Shown: positions 20,690 through 31,250 of the stretch, piece by piece | How the letters are laid out: the number at the start of each line of letters is the position of its first letter | Position numbering within the stretch: the first letter of the stretch is position 1 | From: an uncultured Alphaproteobacteria bacterium | GTDB lineage: Bacteria; Pseudomonadota; Alphaproteobacteria; Rhizobiales; Xanthobacteraceae | Length of the DNA stretch: 64,000 nt | Assembly: GCA_963819915.1 (NCBI GenBank) | Contig: CAWFXX010000010.1 | Coordinates: forward strand, 21,289 to 85,288 | Direction: 5' to 3' | The notes under the pieces: model-generated | What the model saw: only the letters and a program-made list of their open reading frames with translations | What the model was told of the DNA's origin: nothing | Database searches by the model: none | Made by a program: the position numbers and the translations under genes

Positions 20690-21613
20690 CTAAACGCCCA
20701 GCGTGATCCGCACGATTTCCGGCGGCACGCCCAAACGCAGCGGCACCTTGCTGCAACCGAGACCGCCCGACACCACCATGTGACGGCCGTTCTCAACGAT
20801 GTGCCCATAGGCAAAGCGCGCGCCATAGGCTGACGGCGCCCACACCGGTGGCAGCATTGGCAGGCGGATCTGTCCGCCGTGAGTATGTCCGGCAATGGTG
20901 AGCGCCACGCGCGCCGGCACCTCGGTGAAAATATCGGGCTCGTGCGCCAACAGGATCACCGGATCGTCGCTGCGGACGCGCGCCAAGGTGCCAGGCAAAT
21001 CGTCGACGCCCTTGAACGTGCTCGGGCCGAGCCAATAGGCAATCTGGTCGCCGAGACCCGCAAGCCAGAAACGGCCGCCCGGCGGACCCAACAGAACCGC
21101 GTCGTTTTCCATCACCGGCAGATGCACAGTATCGAGCGCGCGCCGCACGCCATCGATGTCGTACCACCAGTCATGATTGCCTAGAATTGTGTAGACGCCG
21201 AGCGGCGCGTGCAGCCGCGCCAATTCCGCCGCCCAGACCGGGTGCGGCACGCGCTCGGTCACAAAACGGTGGGTGGCGAAAAAGTCACCGAGCACCACAG
21301 TGAGATCGCTGCGGAGTTCGTTGGCTGCGTCGACCACCTGTCGCACGCGGTCGAGGCCCATGTTGGGACCACCGGCGTGCAGGTCGGCGACGACAGAGAT
21401 CGTAAGGCGCTGCCCTTTCGGCCACGCCGGCGGTGACAATCGATAGTCAGTGATTACCAGGCCGTTTGCCGCTTCCATCGCGGCACGCGCACCCGTTGCC
21501 GGAAGCACCAGGCCAGCCACGCCGACAAGGCCGAGCCCGCCTTTGATCAGGCTGCGGCGCGTCAACGCGCGTGAGGTCGGGCCGGCAATGGCAGTGGAAT
21601 CGCTGATGGTCAT
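20690..21613 (-). CDS. Metallophosphoesterase (YkuE-like) with Tat-like signal
   Basis: LTRRSLI twin-Arg motif; ADLH, LGDF, LGNHD, LAHEP, AGHTHGGQ. Confidence 0.92.
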   Translation of the reverse strand: MTISDSTAIAGPTSRALTRRSLIKGGLGLVGVAGLVLPATGARAAMEAANGLVITDYRLSPPAWPKGQRLTISVVADLHAGGPNMGLDRVRQVVDAANELRSDLTVVLGDFFATHRFVTERVPHPVWAAELARLHAPLGVYTILGNHDWWYDIDGVRRALDTVHLPVMENDAVLLGPPGGRFWLAGLGDQIAYWLGPSTFKGVDDLPGTLARVRSDDPVILLAHEPDIFTEVPARVALTIAGHTHGGQIRLPMLPPVWAPSAYGARFAYGHIVENGRHMVVSGGLGCSKVPLRLGVPPEIVRITLGV

Positions 21614-21661
21614 AAGGAGGCTTTGCTACGCAACAACTATGAACGGAGGGTGGACTTGCAA

Positions 21662-22510
21662 TTACAATTTACGTTCATGGTTTATGGGCGCGTCCGGTAT
21701 CGATGGCCGCGGCAGCGGCAACGGAACCCGGGCAGCCACTTCGGTGGCCGGCGGTTCGCGTACATCCCACTGACACATTCGGTAACCCTGGCGGCGCTCG
21801 GCGAGATCGAGGTGAATATGCGATTCGTGGTACCCATCGGAACCAGGGCCGAGCACCGTTGTAAAGCGCTGGCATGCGCTCTCGCGCAAGTCGTCGCGGA
21901 ACTCCTTCGCCACCGTCACGTCGGTCAGACCGATAGGGCGACCATCGGCCAGTACGAGCGCGCGCAGATCAACGGCATTGCCCTTGCCATGCTCGCTGAG
22001 CTTGGCGCCTGCCACGCGATTGCGGCCGCGGCACTCGAAATCGTCGTAAGTCTCAACCGCGCGCAGAGCCGCGCCCAGTTTCTCCGTCCGCGGCGCCGCT
22101 TCGTCGCGCAACCAGCCGGCGAGAGACTCGGCGAAATGACAGCGGAGCACCGGCGTCGGCTTGAGCGCGATCCGCGCGCCGCCCGCAAGCAACACGGCAT
22201 CGAGTTGCACCATGTCGCCGCCGCCGCAAGCATCCGGTCCGATCAGGCGTGGCATTAATTCAATCACGGCGATCTTACCAAGCCGATCGTCGCACTCGGT
22301 CGGCCCGCTGGTGACATCGGAGGCGTTGAAATCGGGACCGGCGGCTTCGCGAAAGGACTGCGGCTCGAGCCAAACCGCCGGCCGCGGGCGCGGCAGCGGC
22401 ACCTCCTCGGCAACGGCAATGCCACAGCCAGCGCCAACCACCCACACGAGCGCAATCAAAAGCCGCAAGGAATGCCACTTGGAAACCCGTATTTGCAGGG
22501 ATTGCGGCAT
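21662..22510 (-). CDS. Extensin-like family protein
   Basis: Signal peptide, PLPRPRP, CRGRN...SEHGKGNAVD, FTTVLGPG..YHESHIHLD. Confidence 0.85.
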   Translation of the reverse strand: MPQSLQIRVSKWHSLRLLIALVWVVGAGCGIAVAEEVPLPRPRPAVWLEPQSFREAAGPDFNASDVTSGPTECDDRLGKIAVIELMPRLIGPDACGGGDMVQLDAVLLAGGARIALKPTPVLRCHFAESLAGWLRDEAAPRTEKLGAALRAVETYDDFECRGRNRVAGAKLSEHGKGNAVDLRALVLADGRPIGLTDVTVAKEFRDDLRESACQRFTTVLGPGSDGYHESHIHLDLAERRQGYRMCQWDVREPPATEVAARVPLPLPRPSIPDAPINHERKL

Positions 22511-22656
22511 TTATGCAGGTCTCTCGCGTGAAGCCAAAGGCGCCATGGCACCGTACCTCATAACGAAACCATTGCACCGCCCGTTCCGGCGGCTAACCTT
22601 GGGTCCGACTGGCGAGGGGCGCTGGTCCAAGACTCAATAATCGGGAGGGGAATGCC

Positions 22657-24297
22657 ATGCTCGGGCTGATGCAGGATTGGCCGTTGCTATGCCATCGCAT
22701 CATTGACCATGCCGCCATTTTCCATGGCGAACGCAAGGTCATCACGCGCTCGGTTGAAGGACCGATGCACACCACGAATTATGCGGAGATCCGCGCTCGC
22801 GCGTTAAAGGTTGCGCAGCGGCTCGACAAAGACGGCATCAAGCTTGGCGACCGGGTGGCCACCCTTGCGTGGAATACCTGGCGGCATCTCGAAGCCTGGT
22901 ACGGCATTCTCGGCATCGGCGCGGTCTATCACACGGTGAACCCGCGCCTCTTCCCCGAGCAGATCGCCTGGATCATCAACCACGCCGGCGATCGGGTGAT
23001 GATGACTGATCTCACTTTTGTGCCGCTGCTGGAAAGAATCGCCGACAAGCTGCCGACCATCGAGCGCTACATCATACTCACCGATGCAGCGCATATGCCG
23101 AAGACCACGTTGAAGAATGCCGTGGCTTACGAAGACTGGATCGGTGAAGTGGATGGTGATTTCGCCTGGAAATCGTTCGACGAAAATACTGCCGCGGGCA
23201 TGTGTTACACGTCCGGCACGACCGGGCACCCCAAGGGCGTGGTCTACTCGCACCGCTCCAATGTCCTGCACGCCTTCATGGCGGCGATGCCGGACTGCAA
23301 GGGCCTGTCGTCACGCGATGTCGTGCTGCCGGTGGTGCCGTTATTCCACGCCAATGGCTGGTCGCTTGCCTTCTCGACACCGATGGTCGGCGCGACAGTG
23401 ATCATGCCCGGTGCCAAACTTGACGGCGCTTCGATCTACGAGCTTCTCAATACATACAAAGTGTCATTCACCGCGGCCGTGCCGACCGTGTGGCTGATGC
23501 TGCTCCAGGATCTGGAAAAAACCGGCGGTAAGCTGCCGCATCTCAAGCGCGTGGTGATCGGCGGCTCCGCCTGCCCGCGCGCCATGACCAAGACTTTCCA
23601 GGACGTCTACGGCGTCGAAGTCGTGCATGCCTGGGGCATGACCGAAATGAGCCCGCTCGGCTCGCTCTGCACCATGAAACCGGAATATGCCGTGCTCACG
23701 GGGGAAGCGAAGCTCGACGTCGAGATGAAGCAGGGCCATCCGCCGTTCGGCGTTGAGATGAAGATTACCGACGACAACGGAAAGCCCCTGCCCTGGGATG
23801 GCAAGACATTCGGCCGCCTGAAGGTTCGCGGACCGGCGGTGGCGAAGAGCTACTACAAGGTCGACAACGATCCTGTTTTCGAAAAAGACGGCTGGTTCGA
23901 CACCGGTGATGTCGCCATCATGGACCAATACGGCTACATGCAGATTACCGATCGCGCCAAGGACGTTATCAAGTCGGGCGGCGAATGGATTTCATCGATC
24001 GATCTCGAAAATCTCGCGGTCGGCCATCCGAAAGTTGCCGAGGCCGCGGTGATCGGCATTACACATCCGAAATGGGGCGAACGGCCGCTGCTGGTGATCG
24101 TGCTCAAGAAGGGCGAGAACGCCACCAGGGAAGAACTCCTCGGGTACATGCAGGACAAGATCGCGAAGTGGTGGATGCCGGATGACGTGGTGTTCGTTGA
24201 CGAAATTCCGCATACGGCCACCGGCAAGATCCAGAAACTCATCCTGCGCCAGACCTTCAAGGATTATCGACTCCCGAACGTCCAGGCAGCCGAATAA
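22657..24297 (+). CDS. Medium/long-chain acyl-CoA ligase (AlkK/DmdB-like)
   Basis: [40 protein letters not shown]. Confidence 0.92.
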   Translation: MLGLMQDWPLLCHRIIDHAAIFHGERKVITRSVEGPMHTTNYAEIRARALKVAQRLDKDGIKLGDRVATLAWNTWRHLEAWYGILGIGAVYHTVNPRLFPEQIAWIINHAGDRVMMTDLTFVPLLERIADKLPTIERYIILTDAAHMPKTTLKNAVAYEDWIGEVDGDFAWKSFDENTAAGMCYTSGTTGHPKGVVYSHRSNVLHAFMAAMPDCKGLSSRDVVLPVVPLFHANGWSLAFSTPMVGATVIMPGAKLDGASIYELLNTYKVSFTAAVPTVWLMLLQDLEKTGGKLPHLKRVVIGGSACPRAMTKTFQDVYGVEVVHAWGMTEMSPLGSLCTMKPEYAVLTGEAKLDVEMKQGHPPFGVEMKITDDNGKPLPWDGKTFGRLKVRGPAVAKSYYKVDNDPVFEKDGWFDTGDVAIMDQYGYMQITDRAKDVIKSGGEWISSIDLENLAVGHPKVAEAAVIGITHPKWGERPLLVIVLKKGENATREELLGYMQDKIAKWWMPDDVVFVDEIPHTATGKIQKLILRQTFKDYRLPNVQAAE

Positions 24298-24347
24298 CAA
24301 GAAAGTGGCCGATGAAATCCTCCGTCGAGCCAATAGCTTGGCCGGAT

Positions 24348-24384
24348 TTGTCAGAATCACCACCCTATATTGTCAAAATTGACA
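24348..24384 (+). promoter_or_regulatory. Candidate AraC-type tandem operator abutting a TTGACA -35
   Basis: TTGTCAGAAT (24348) and TTGTCAAAAT (24370) with a 22-bp period; the second runs into TTGACA at 24379-24384. Confidence 0.4.
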
Positions 24385-24447
24385 TCTGTGATGTATCCTT
24401 GAATTCAGCCATTTAGCGCTCCGTAACACCAACACGGAGTGAGAACC

Positions 24448-24723
24448 ATGAAGCGCTATGTGATCGAACGCGATCTGCCGGGCATCGGCGGCCTCAATCG
24501 CGCGCAGCTCAAGGATGCCGCCGCGACGTCGAACGGCGCGCTGGCGAAGCTCGCGGGCAAGGCCCAATGGGAGCATTCATACGTCGTCGACAACAAGACC
24601 TTCTGCATTTACCTCGCCGAGAACGAAGCAGCCGTCAAAGAACATGCCAAGTTGAGTGGCTTCCCGGCGACGAAAGTGAGCGAAGTTCGTACTGTCATCG
24701 ACCCCCTGACAGCAGTCGCCTGA
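24448..24723 (+). CDS. DUF4242 domain protein
   Basis: RYVIERD, HSYV..DKTFCIYLA, EHA..SGFPA. Confidence 0.85.
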   Translation: MKRYVIERDLPGIGGLNRAQLKDAAATSNGALAKLAGKAQWEHSYVVDNKTFCIYLAENEAAVKEHAKLSGFPATKVSEVRTVIDPLTAVA

Positions 24724-24800
24724 TGCTGAGACGCCGCCGTGCTAGCCGGCGGCGTCCCGGGCCGTATTTGTTGAGCCTGATAAGACGGAAAATGTGAGCC

Positions 24801-25220
24801 ATGGTGCAACTCGCCAAAGGAGATACCGGACGCTTTTGTTGGGTCGACCTGGCTGCGACCGATGCCGACAGCGCGAAGGCTTTTTACGAAAATCTGTTCG
24901 GGTGGACATCACATGAGCAGCCGGCCAATGGCGGCAGTTTTACGCGGTTGCGGTTGAGCAATCACGACGTCGGCTCGATCTACCAATTGCGGGACGCGCT
25001 TCTGGAGCACGGCATTCCCTCGCATTGGACGCCTTATGTCCGGGTGCAAAATGTGAATGATACTGTGCGACGCGCCCTCTCGCTCGGTGCAACGGTGATC
25101 GCCAGTCCCTTCGTGGTATCCGGCATTGCGCGAATAGCGCTTATCCTGGATTCGGTCGGTGCGCTCATTGGCCTGTGGGAGCCAATCGAATTGGACATGA
25201 AAGCGAATGGCCATGGCTAG
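24801..25220 (+). CDS. VOC (glyoxalase/bleomycin resistance) family protein
   Basis: FCWVDL, AKAFYENLFGW, HWTPYVRV, D..GALIGLW. Confidence 0.88.
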   Translation: MVQLAKGDTGRFCWVDLAATDADSAKAFYENLFGWTSHEQPANGGSFTRLRLSNHDVGSIYQLRDALLEHGIPSHWTPYVRVQNVNDTVRRALSLGATVIASPFVVSGIARIALILDSVGALIGLWEPIELDMKANGHG

Positions 25221-26304
25221 AAAAAGAACATCGCGGGCAAAACGGAGCACACACGAATTGTCTCCGGCCACGAAGAGTGACCGTCTCATCGACGTCACGG
25301 TCGTTGTTCTGGAAGATGGATACGCGTCAACGGCGATCGCACCGATCGAAATCTTTCACGCCGCAGGCGTGGTCTGGAATTGGCTCAATGCTGAAACATT
25401 GAAGCCGCAATTCCGCGTGCGAACCGCGTCGATCCATGGACGAAAAGTGAAGGCGGCCGGCTCCCTCAGTCTCGTACCTGATTGCGCAATCCAAGACATC
25501 AAGCACACCGACATTATTATCATCGCGGCTCCCGGTTGGGACGTGCTCGACCACATTGCGAAAAATACGCCCCTCGTCCCGTGGGTGAAAAAATGGCACG
25601 AGCGCGGCGCCTACATTGCGGGTGCGTGCACAGGTGTTGCATTTCTCGCGGAAAGCGGAATCCTCGATGGCCATGTTGCAACAACCCATTGGGGTGTCGC
25701 TGACATTTTCCGCAAGCGTTATCCGAAAGTCCTGTGGCAAACCGAACAGTTTGTGACGGAAGACCGGCGACTATGCTGCAGCGGCGGCGTCTACGCATCG
25801 ATTGATCTGAGCCTGTATCTGGTGGAGAAATTCTGCGGCCACGAAGTCGCCCTTCAGTGCGCCAAGTCCCTGCTGCTCAGCATGCCGCGCGGCCGCCAAT
25901 CGGGGTATTCGGTGGTGCAGCTGGCGCGGCCGCATTCCGACGACAAGATCAGGAAAACCGAGGAATACCTGCAACAACACTACGATTCTGACATCTCGAT
26001 CGAACGCCTCGCCGAGCGCGCCGGCATGGGCCCGCGCAATTTCATCCGGCGTTTCAAGGCCGCAACCGGCCGCGTTCCCGGCGCCTATGTCCAGACCTTG
26101 CGGGTCTCGGCAGCCAAGGAAATGCTGGAAAATGGCGCATCTTCGATCCAGGCGGTGTCCTCGAAGATCGGATACGATGATATCGGTTTTTTCCGGAATC
26201 TGTTCAAACGCCACACCGGAATGACCCCCGGCGAGTATCGCGACCGGTTTTCGCAGATGTCCTACGACCGGGGCGAATTGGCCTCCGGTAGACCGGCTGC
26301 CTAG
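25207..26304 (+). CDS. GlxA-family regulator (DJ-1/PfpI-like domain + AraC HTH)
   Basis: IAGACTG, ATTHW, CCSGG, RNFIRRFKAATG, GMTPGEYR. Confidence 0.92.
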   Translation: MAMARKRTSRAKRSTHELSPATKSDRLIDVTVVVLEDGYASTAIAPIEIFHAAGVVWNWLNAETLKPQFRVRTASIHGRKVKAAGSLSLVPDCAIQDIKHTDIIIIAAPGWDVLDHIAKNTPLVPWVKKWHERGAYIAGACTGVAFLAESGILDGHVATTHWGVADIFRKRYPKVLWQTEQFVTEDRRLCCSGGVYASIDLSLYLVEKFCGHEVALQCAKSLLLSMPRGRQSGYSVVQLARPHSDDKIRKTEEYLQQHYDSDISIERLAERAGMGPRNFIRRFKAATGRVPGAYVQTLRVSAAKEMLENGASSIQAVSSKIGYDDIGFFRNLFKRHTGMTPGEYRDRFSQMSYDRGELASGRPAA

Positions 26305-26517
26305 CCCTCCAATTAACGAAATTCAGCCATGTGCAATTGCGAACACCGGACTCGGTTCGCAAATTTGCTGATATTCAGCTGCAATACCCAGCATTAACGG
26401 CGGGTAATTGATTTAAATTTGAGGTAATGGCGTCCCAATCGCTTAATGACGCGTTCGTAGGGTCGGCTGTCTGGTGGAGCACCAATTGGCTCGGGGCCAC
26501 AGCACGATCTGGGACGC

Positions 26518-28665
26518 ATGGTACAGGTAGTCATCCTCGACGATCGAGAGACCAATCGAAAGATTTTTTCGAAGCTTGCCGCTTCGATTGAACCTGGCGT
26601 GATGGTCCATAGCTTCGGCGATCCGCTCGAACTTCTCGCCTGGCTCAAGCACAACACGCCCGACCTCATCGTCACTGATTTCAAAATGCCGACGATGGAC
26701 GGCGCAGAATTTATCTGCCGCCTCCGCGCGCAACCCGATTGCGGCGAGATTCCCGTGATCGTCATAACGGTTTACGAGGAACGCGAATTCCGCCTGCGAG
26801 CGCTCGAGGCCGGCGCCACCGATTTTCTTCACAGCCCGGTCGACCACCAGGAATTCATCACCCGCGCTCGCAATCTCCTGAAGTTGCGCAAGCAGCAGAT
26901 CCAACTCGCCGCCCGAGCCGACAATCTCGCGCAGGAGCTCAAGGATTCTGAGCGTTCGCGCGAAGCCGCGCTGCGCGATTCCAGCGAACGGCTTGCCCAG
27001 GTGATCGATACCGTCCCGGCCATGATCAGCGCCACCGACAACCAGGGACGCATTCTGTTCATCAACGCGTATCTCGCCGAGCTCGCCGGCATCGGCGCGG
27101 CCAAAGCAGTCGGGTTCGATATGCAGCCCGCCTTTGGTGAAGACTACGCGACGCGCAGCAAGGCGCTTGACCGCAAGGTCATCAACACGCAGGCCGCATT
27201 GCCGAGCTTCGAGGAGGAGATCGTCGACGCGAGAGGCACCAAACGCGTGTTCCTGACGACGAAAACGCCGCTGCGCGACGGCGCCAACGCTGTGGTCGGT
27301 GTACTGACCTCTTCGCTCGATATCACCGACCGCAAGCTTGCCGAAAATCATCTTTTCTACATGGCGCACCACGACGGGTTGACCAACCTCGCAAACCGCG
27401 CGCTATTGTCCGACCGGCTGCGCCGCGAGATCGCCCGCACGCGTCGCGGCGACCGCCCGTTTGCCCTTCATCTCATCGATCTCGACGGATTCAAGGACAT
27501 CAACGACGGGCTTGGCCACCAGGCCGGTGACCAGTTCCTTGTCGAGGTTGCCGACCGGTTGCGCCTGGTCGTGCGTGATACCGATACGGTCGCCCGTCTC
27601 GGCGGCGACGAGTTCGCGGTGTTGCAAACGCGCGTGACTCGGAACGAGGACGCGGCCGACATGGCCACCCGCATCCTCGAGGCTATCAACAAGCCCTGGT
27701 CGCATGCGGGCGAGCAGGTCAATTCAAGCGCCAGTATCGGCATCACTATTCACCCCACCGACGGCGCCGACGTGCAGGACCTACTTCGCAACAGCGATCT
27801 TGCGATGTATCGGGCAAAGCACGATGGCGGCAAGGTTTTCCGCTTCTACGCCTCGGATATGGACCGGCGGGCGCGCGCCAGCCTGGTCCTCGACGCCGAT
27901 CTGCGCGAGGCCATCGCCGCGGGCCAATTCGTCCTGCACTACCAACCGCAGATCGCGGTGCGTACCGGTCAGGTTGTCGGCGCGGAAGCGCTGCTCCGCT
28001 GGCAGCGCCCCGGCCACGGCCTCATCGGCCCAAGCGATTTCCTGGCGCGGGCGGAAGAGAACGGACTTATCGTTCCGATCAACGAATGGGCGCTTCGCGA
28101 AGCGTGCCGGCAGGCCAAGTCCTGGCAGCAGCGTGGACAGCCGCCGCTTCGTGTCGGCGTCAACCTGTCGTCGATTCAGTTCTTCAAGCAAAACGTTCCG
28201 TTGCTGGTGACCAAGGTTCTGGCCGAAACCGGGCTTGAGCCTTGGTTGCTCGATCTCGAGCTGACGGAAAGCATCGTCATGCACAACGCCGAAGCGGTCT
28301 CCAAGGACTTGCAGCAGTTGCGCGAACTCGGAGTCGGCATTTCGATCGACGATTTTGGAACGCGTTATTCGACGCTTTCCTACGTCAAACATTTTCCGGT
28401 CGACCGACTCAAGATCGACCAGTGTTTCGTCCGCGACATGGCAAGCAACCCGAGCGATGCCGCGATCGTCCGTGCAATCGTAAGCCTCGGTCATAGCCTC
28501 GATCTCGAGATCGTTGCGGAAGGCGTGGAGACCGTCCAGCAGGCCACGCTTTTGCGTGCCGAAGGGTGCGACGAGGTGCAGGGCTTCTACTACGCGGGCG
28601 CAATGCAGGCTGACGAGCTGATTGCCTACGTCAGGGATATTCGCGCGCGGGCGCGCAGCGCGTGA
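26518..28665 (+). CDS. Response regulator REC-PAS-GGDEF-EAL with an RpfG-like receiver domain
   Basis: ILDD...FGDPL...TDFKMP...[10 protein letters not shown]; PAS; RDTD I-site + RLGGDEF; EALLRW, ELTES, DDFGT, EGVE. Confidence 0.93.
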   Translation: MVQVVILDDRETNRKIFSKLAASIEPGVMVHSFGDPLELLAWLKHNTPDLIVTDFKMPTMDGAEFICRLRAQPDCGEIPVIVITVYEEREFRLRALEAGATDFLHSPVDHQEFITRARNLLKLRKQQIQLAARADNLAQELKDSERSREAALRDSSERLAQVIDTVPAMISATDNQGRILFINAYLAELAGIGAAKAVGFDMQPAFGEDYATRSKALDRKVINTQAALPSFEEEIVDARGTKRVFLTTKTPLRDGANAVVGVLTSSLDITDRKLAENHLFYMAHHDGLTNLANRALLSDRLRREIARTRRGDRPFALHLIDLDGFKDINDGLGHQAGDQFLVEVADRLRLVVRDTDTVARLGGDEFAVLQTRVTRNEDAADMATRILEAINKPWSHAGEQVNSSASIGITIHPTDGADVQDLLRNSDLAMYRAKHDGGKVFRFYASDMDRRARASLVLDADLREAIAAGQFVLHYQPQIAVRTGQVVGAEALLRWQRPGHGLIGPSDFLARAEENGLIVPINEWALREACRQAKSWQQRGQPPLRVGVNLSSIQFFKQNVPLLVTKVLAETGLEPWLLDLELTESIVMHNAEAVSKDLQQLRELGVGISIDDFGTRYSTLSYVKHFPVDRLKIDQCFVRDMASNPSDAAIVRAIVSLGHSLDLEIVAEGVETVQQATLLRAEGCDEVQGFYYAGAMQADELIAYVRDIRARARSA

Positions 28666-28672
28666 GGCTCGG

Positions 28673-31237
28673 ATGGGGGAAGATTTCCGAAAAGCTCTTC
28701 CAGCGTGGCATGCGGGAAAACCCGTGACCCGGATCTTTTCCTGGATTGCGGGCCGGTTGCGCAATCGGCCGGACTCCGAGCACGAATTGACCGTCAACCG
28801 GCTGGTGATCAGCGGGACGGCCTTCACTTATCTCATCATTGCAGCGCAGTTCGGCCAAAGAGGCGCCGAGCGGATGCTGCACGACCAAAGTCCTTATTTT
28901 GCCGTCTACCAGATCGTCTCCGTCGTCCTGTTCTGTCACCTGCTTTACCGGCCAGGCATTTCCGTCGGACGACGCCTCGTCGGAATGGTGTTCGACCTCG
29001 GCCTCTTTTCATACGGCATGCATGTCGGCGGCGAGACTTTCGCGCTGCTCTACCCGGTGTATCTGTGGGTGATCTTTGGAAACGGCTTTCGCTTCGGCGT
29101 GCCCTATTTGTTTGCCGCTTCCGCCACCAGCGTCCTGACCTTCGGCACCGTCATCGCGACGACGGCCTTCTGGCAGGAGCACCGCGGGCTGGCTTCCGGC
29201 TTGACCGCGGGTCTTGTCCTGTTGCCGCTCTATGTGTCGACGCTGATCCGCAAGCTGTCGGAAGCCAAACGCCAGGCTGAAGAGGCAAACCGCGCAAAAA
29301 GCGCCTTCCTCGCCAGCATGAGCCACGAATTCCGCACGCCGCTCAATGCCATCATTGGGCTGAGCGACATGCTGCGCGAATCCTCACTGGATCCCGAGCA
29401 GGATGAAATGTCCGACACAATCGGCAAGTCCGGACGCCAGCTTCTCACCCTGATCAATTCAGTCCTCGATTTCTCGCGCGCCGAAGCGGGCCGGATCACA
29501 ATCAAGAACGTCGACTTCGACCTGGTTTCCCTGCTCGGGGAGATCCGGAACATGCTTTCCTTCGAAGCCCAGCGCAAAGGCGTGAGGCTCGCAATCCACT
29601 GCACAGCGCGTACTCCGCGCCTGCTGGTGGGGGACAAACCCCACCTCGAGGAAGTCCTCATCAATCTTGCAGGCAACGCTGTGAAATTCACCGAACGCGG
29701 CTTCGTCGTCATCGCGGTTGACGCTGTTGCCCGCGACGGCGACCGTGTGCGGCTGCGCTTCGAGGTGACCGACACCGGAATCGGCATCAGCAGCGACGCT
29801 CAGACGCGTGTCTTCGAACGCTTCACGCAGGCCGACGAGACCATCATCGATCGTTTTGGTGGCACCGGGCTCGGGCTCGCCATCGCCAGGCAGCTTGTCG
29901 AACTCCAGGGCGGCAATATCGGTGTCCAAAGCGTCCCCGGCAAAGGCAGCACGTTCTGGTTCGAAATCGAGTTGGAGGCGCAGGCGCAGAATCCGCTGCA
30001 AGTCTACACGGCACAAACGCCGATCGTCTTCGCCGGCGGCAATGACGACGATCGCGCGGTCGCGAGGTCTTGCGTGCCGAATGTGATGTTCTCCGATACA
30101 ATGGGCGCGGCTGCGGCCGCTCTGGCATCGCTGCGGGCGGACGGCGTGCGTCGCCCGATTGCCGTTATTTATCACGACGTCGCCGGCCAACTGGACGAGG
30201 CTGCGTTCGAGACATTAGTCGGCGACAACCCTGCCTGCACGCCCGCGCTCATCCTGGTAACAGACGATCACGGCGAAGGCCTCCCCGCAGGTATCGTGCG
30301 CAGCCGGTTCATGACAACGTTGTCCACGCCGCTCGACCCGGTGAAGTTCGTCGCAGGCCTGCAAATCGCGCGCGGCAACAGCGCCGCCGAGCGTCCTGAT
30401 AGTGCCCGCAATCGCACGATCGTTGCGGCGCGCCGGCCGTTGTCGATCCTGGTTGCCGAAGACAAACGGACCAATCAAATGGTCATCGCCAAGATCCTCG
30501 ACCGCGCAGGCCATCGCGTCACCATCGTCGATAATGGCGAAGCGGCGCTCGATATCCTTGAAACACAGGACTTCGATCTGGTTTTGATGGACGTGAACAT
30601 GCCGGTGATGAACGGCATCGAAGCGACCAAGCTCTACCGCTTCGCAGCCCTCGGGCGGCCGCATGTGCCCATCGTGGCGCTCACGGCCGATGCAACAGAG
30701 GAAGTGAAACAGCGTTGCAAAGAAGCGGGCATGGATGCCTGCGCCACCAAGCCGATCGAGCCGCATCGACTGCTTGAGATTATCGCAACACTCGTGAACG
30801 ATGCCGCCAAGGGCCCCCGCGTGGTCGCAAGCAAAGGTGAAGCGGTTGGGCAGACTTCAGTGGCCGCGCGCACCATCAGGGAAGCGGCCGTCGATCTGGA
30901 TACGATCGACGCGCTGGAAAGCCTGGGTGGCAAGGAGTTCGTTGAAGAGCTCGCCACGCAGTTTCTCGACGATGCAGCCGATATCCTGCGTCAACTGTCC
31001 GATATCACGGCCGCCGGCGATACCCTTGCATTCCGCGAGCAATTGCATGCCCTGCGCAGCGCAGCGGCCAATATCGGGGCGCGCGGAATCTATGAAATGT
31101 GCCTCGCGTGGCGGCAAATCGCGCCGGAAGACCTCGCGAGCCAGGGTGAATTCTACCTCAATGGGCTGCGCGAGGAATTCGAACGCGTGTGTGTCGCTTT
31201 GCGTGGACGACTGTCCAAGCGCGACGTCGCGGCCTGA
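28673..31237 (+). CDS. rpfC: RpfC-type DSF sensor hybrid histidine kinase (TM-HisKA-HATPase-REC-HPT)
   Basis: RPDSEH N-terminal sensor, [26 protein letters not shown] (MDVNMP, TKP), [16 protein letters not shown]. Confidence 0.85.
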   Translation: MGEDFRKALPAWHAGKPVTRIFSWIAGRLRNRPDSEHELTVNRLVISGTAFTYLIIAAQFGQRGAERMLHDQSPYFAVYQIVSVVLFCHLLYRPGISVGRRLVGMVFDLGLFSYGMHVGGETFALLYPVYLWVIFGNGFRFGVPYLFAASATSVLTFGTVIATTAFWQEHRGLASGLTAGLVLLPLYVSTLIRKLSEAKRQAEEANRAKSAFLASMSHEFRTPLNAIIGLSDMLRESSLDPEQDEMSDTIGKSGRQLLTLINSVLDFSRAEAGRITIKNVDFDLVSLLGEIRNMLSFEAQRKGVRLAIHCTARTPRLLVGDKPHLEEVLINLAGNAVKFTERGFVVIAVDAVARDGDRVRLRFEVTDTGIGISSDAQTRVFERFTQADETIIDRFGGTGLGLAIARQLVELQGGNIGVQSVPGKGSTFWFEIELEAQAQNPLQVYTAQTPIVFAGGNDDDRAVARSCVPNVMFSDTMGAAAAALASLRADGVRRPIAVIYHDVAGQLDEAAFETLVGDNPACTPALILVTDDHGEGLPAGIVRSRFMTTLSTPLDPVKFVAGLQIARGNSAAERPDSARNRTIVAARRPLSILVAEDKRTNQMVIAKILDRAGHRVTIVDNGEAALDILETQDFDLVLMDVNMPVMNGIEATKLYRFAALGRPHVPIVALTADATEEVKQRCKEAGMDACATKPIEPHRLLEIIATLVNDAAKGPRVVASKGEAVGQTSVAARTIREAAVDLDTIDALESLGGKEFVEELATQFLDDAADILRQLSDITAAGDTLAFREQLHALRSAAANIGARGIYEMCLAWRQIAPEDLASQGEFYLNGLREEFERVCVALRGRLSKRDVAA

Positions 31238-31250
31238 TATATCGAGACGG

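Noticed and set aside
22657-24297. Acyl-CoA ligase as RpfB of the DSF cluster
   Set aside because: Its motifs ([19 protein letters not shown]) fit the AlkK/DmdB type rather than the FadD-like RpfB, and three unrelated genes separate it from the rpf locus; no link can be supported
26337-26362. Hairpin ttgcgaac...gttcgcaa after glxA as a terminator or operator
   Set aside because: The 8-bp inverted repeat is real but has a weak U tract and no assignable regulator; function cannot be supported
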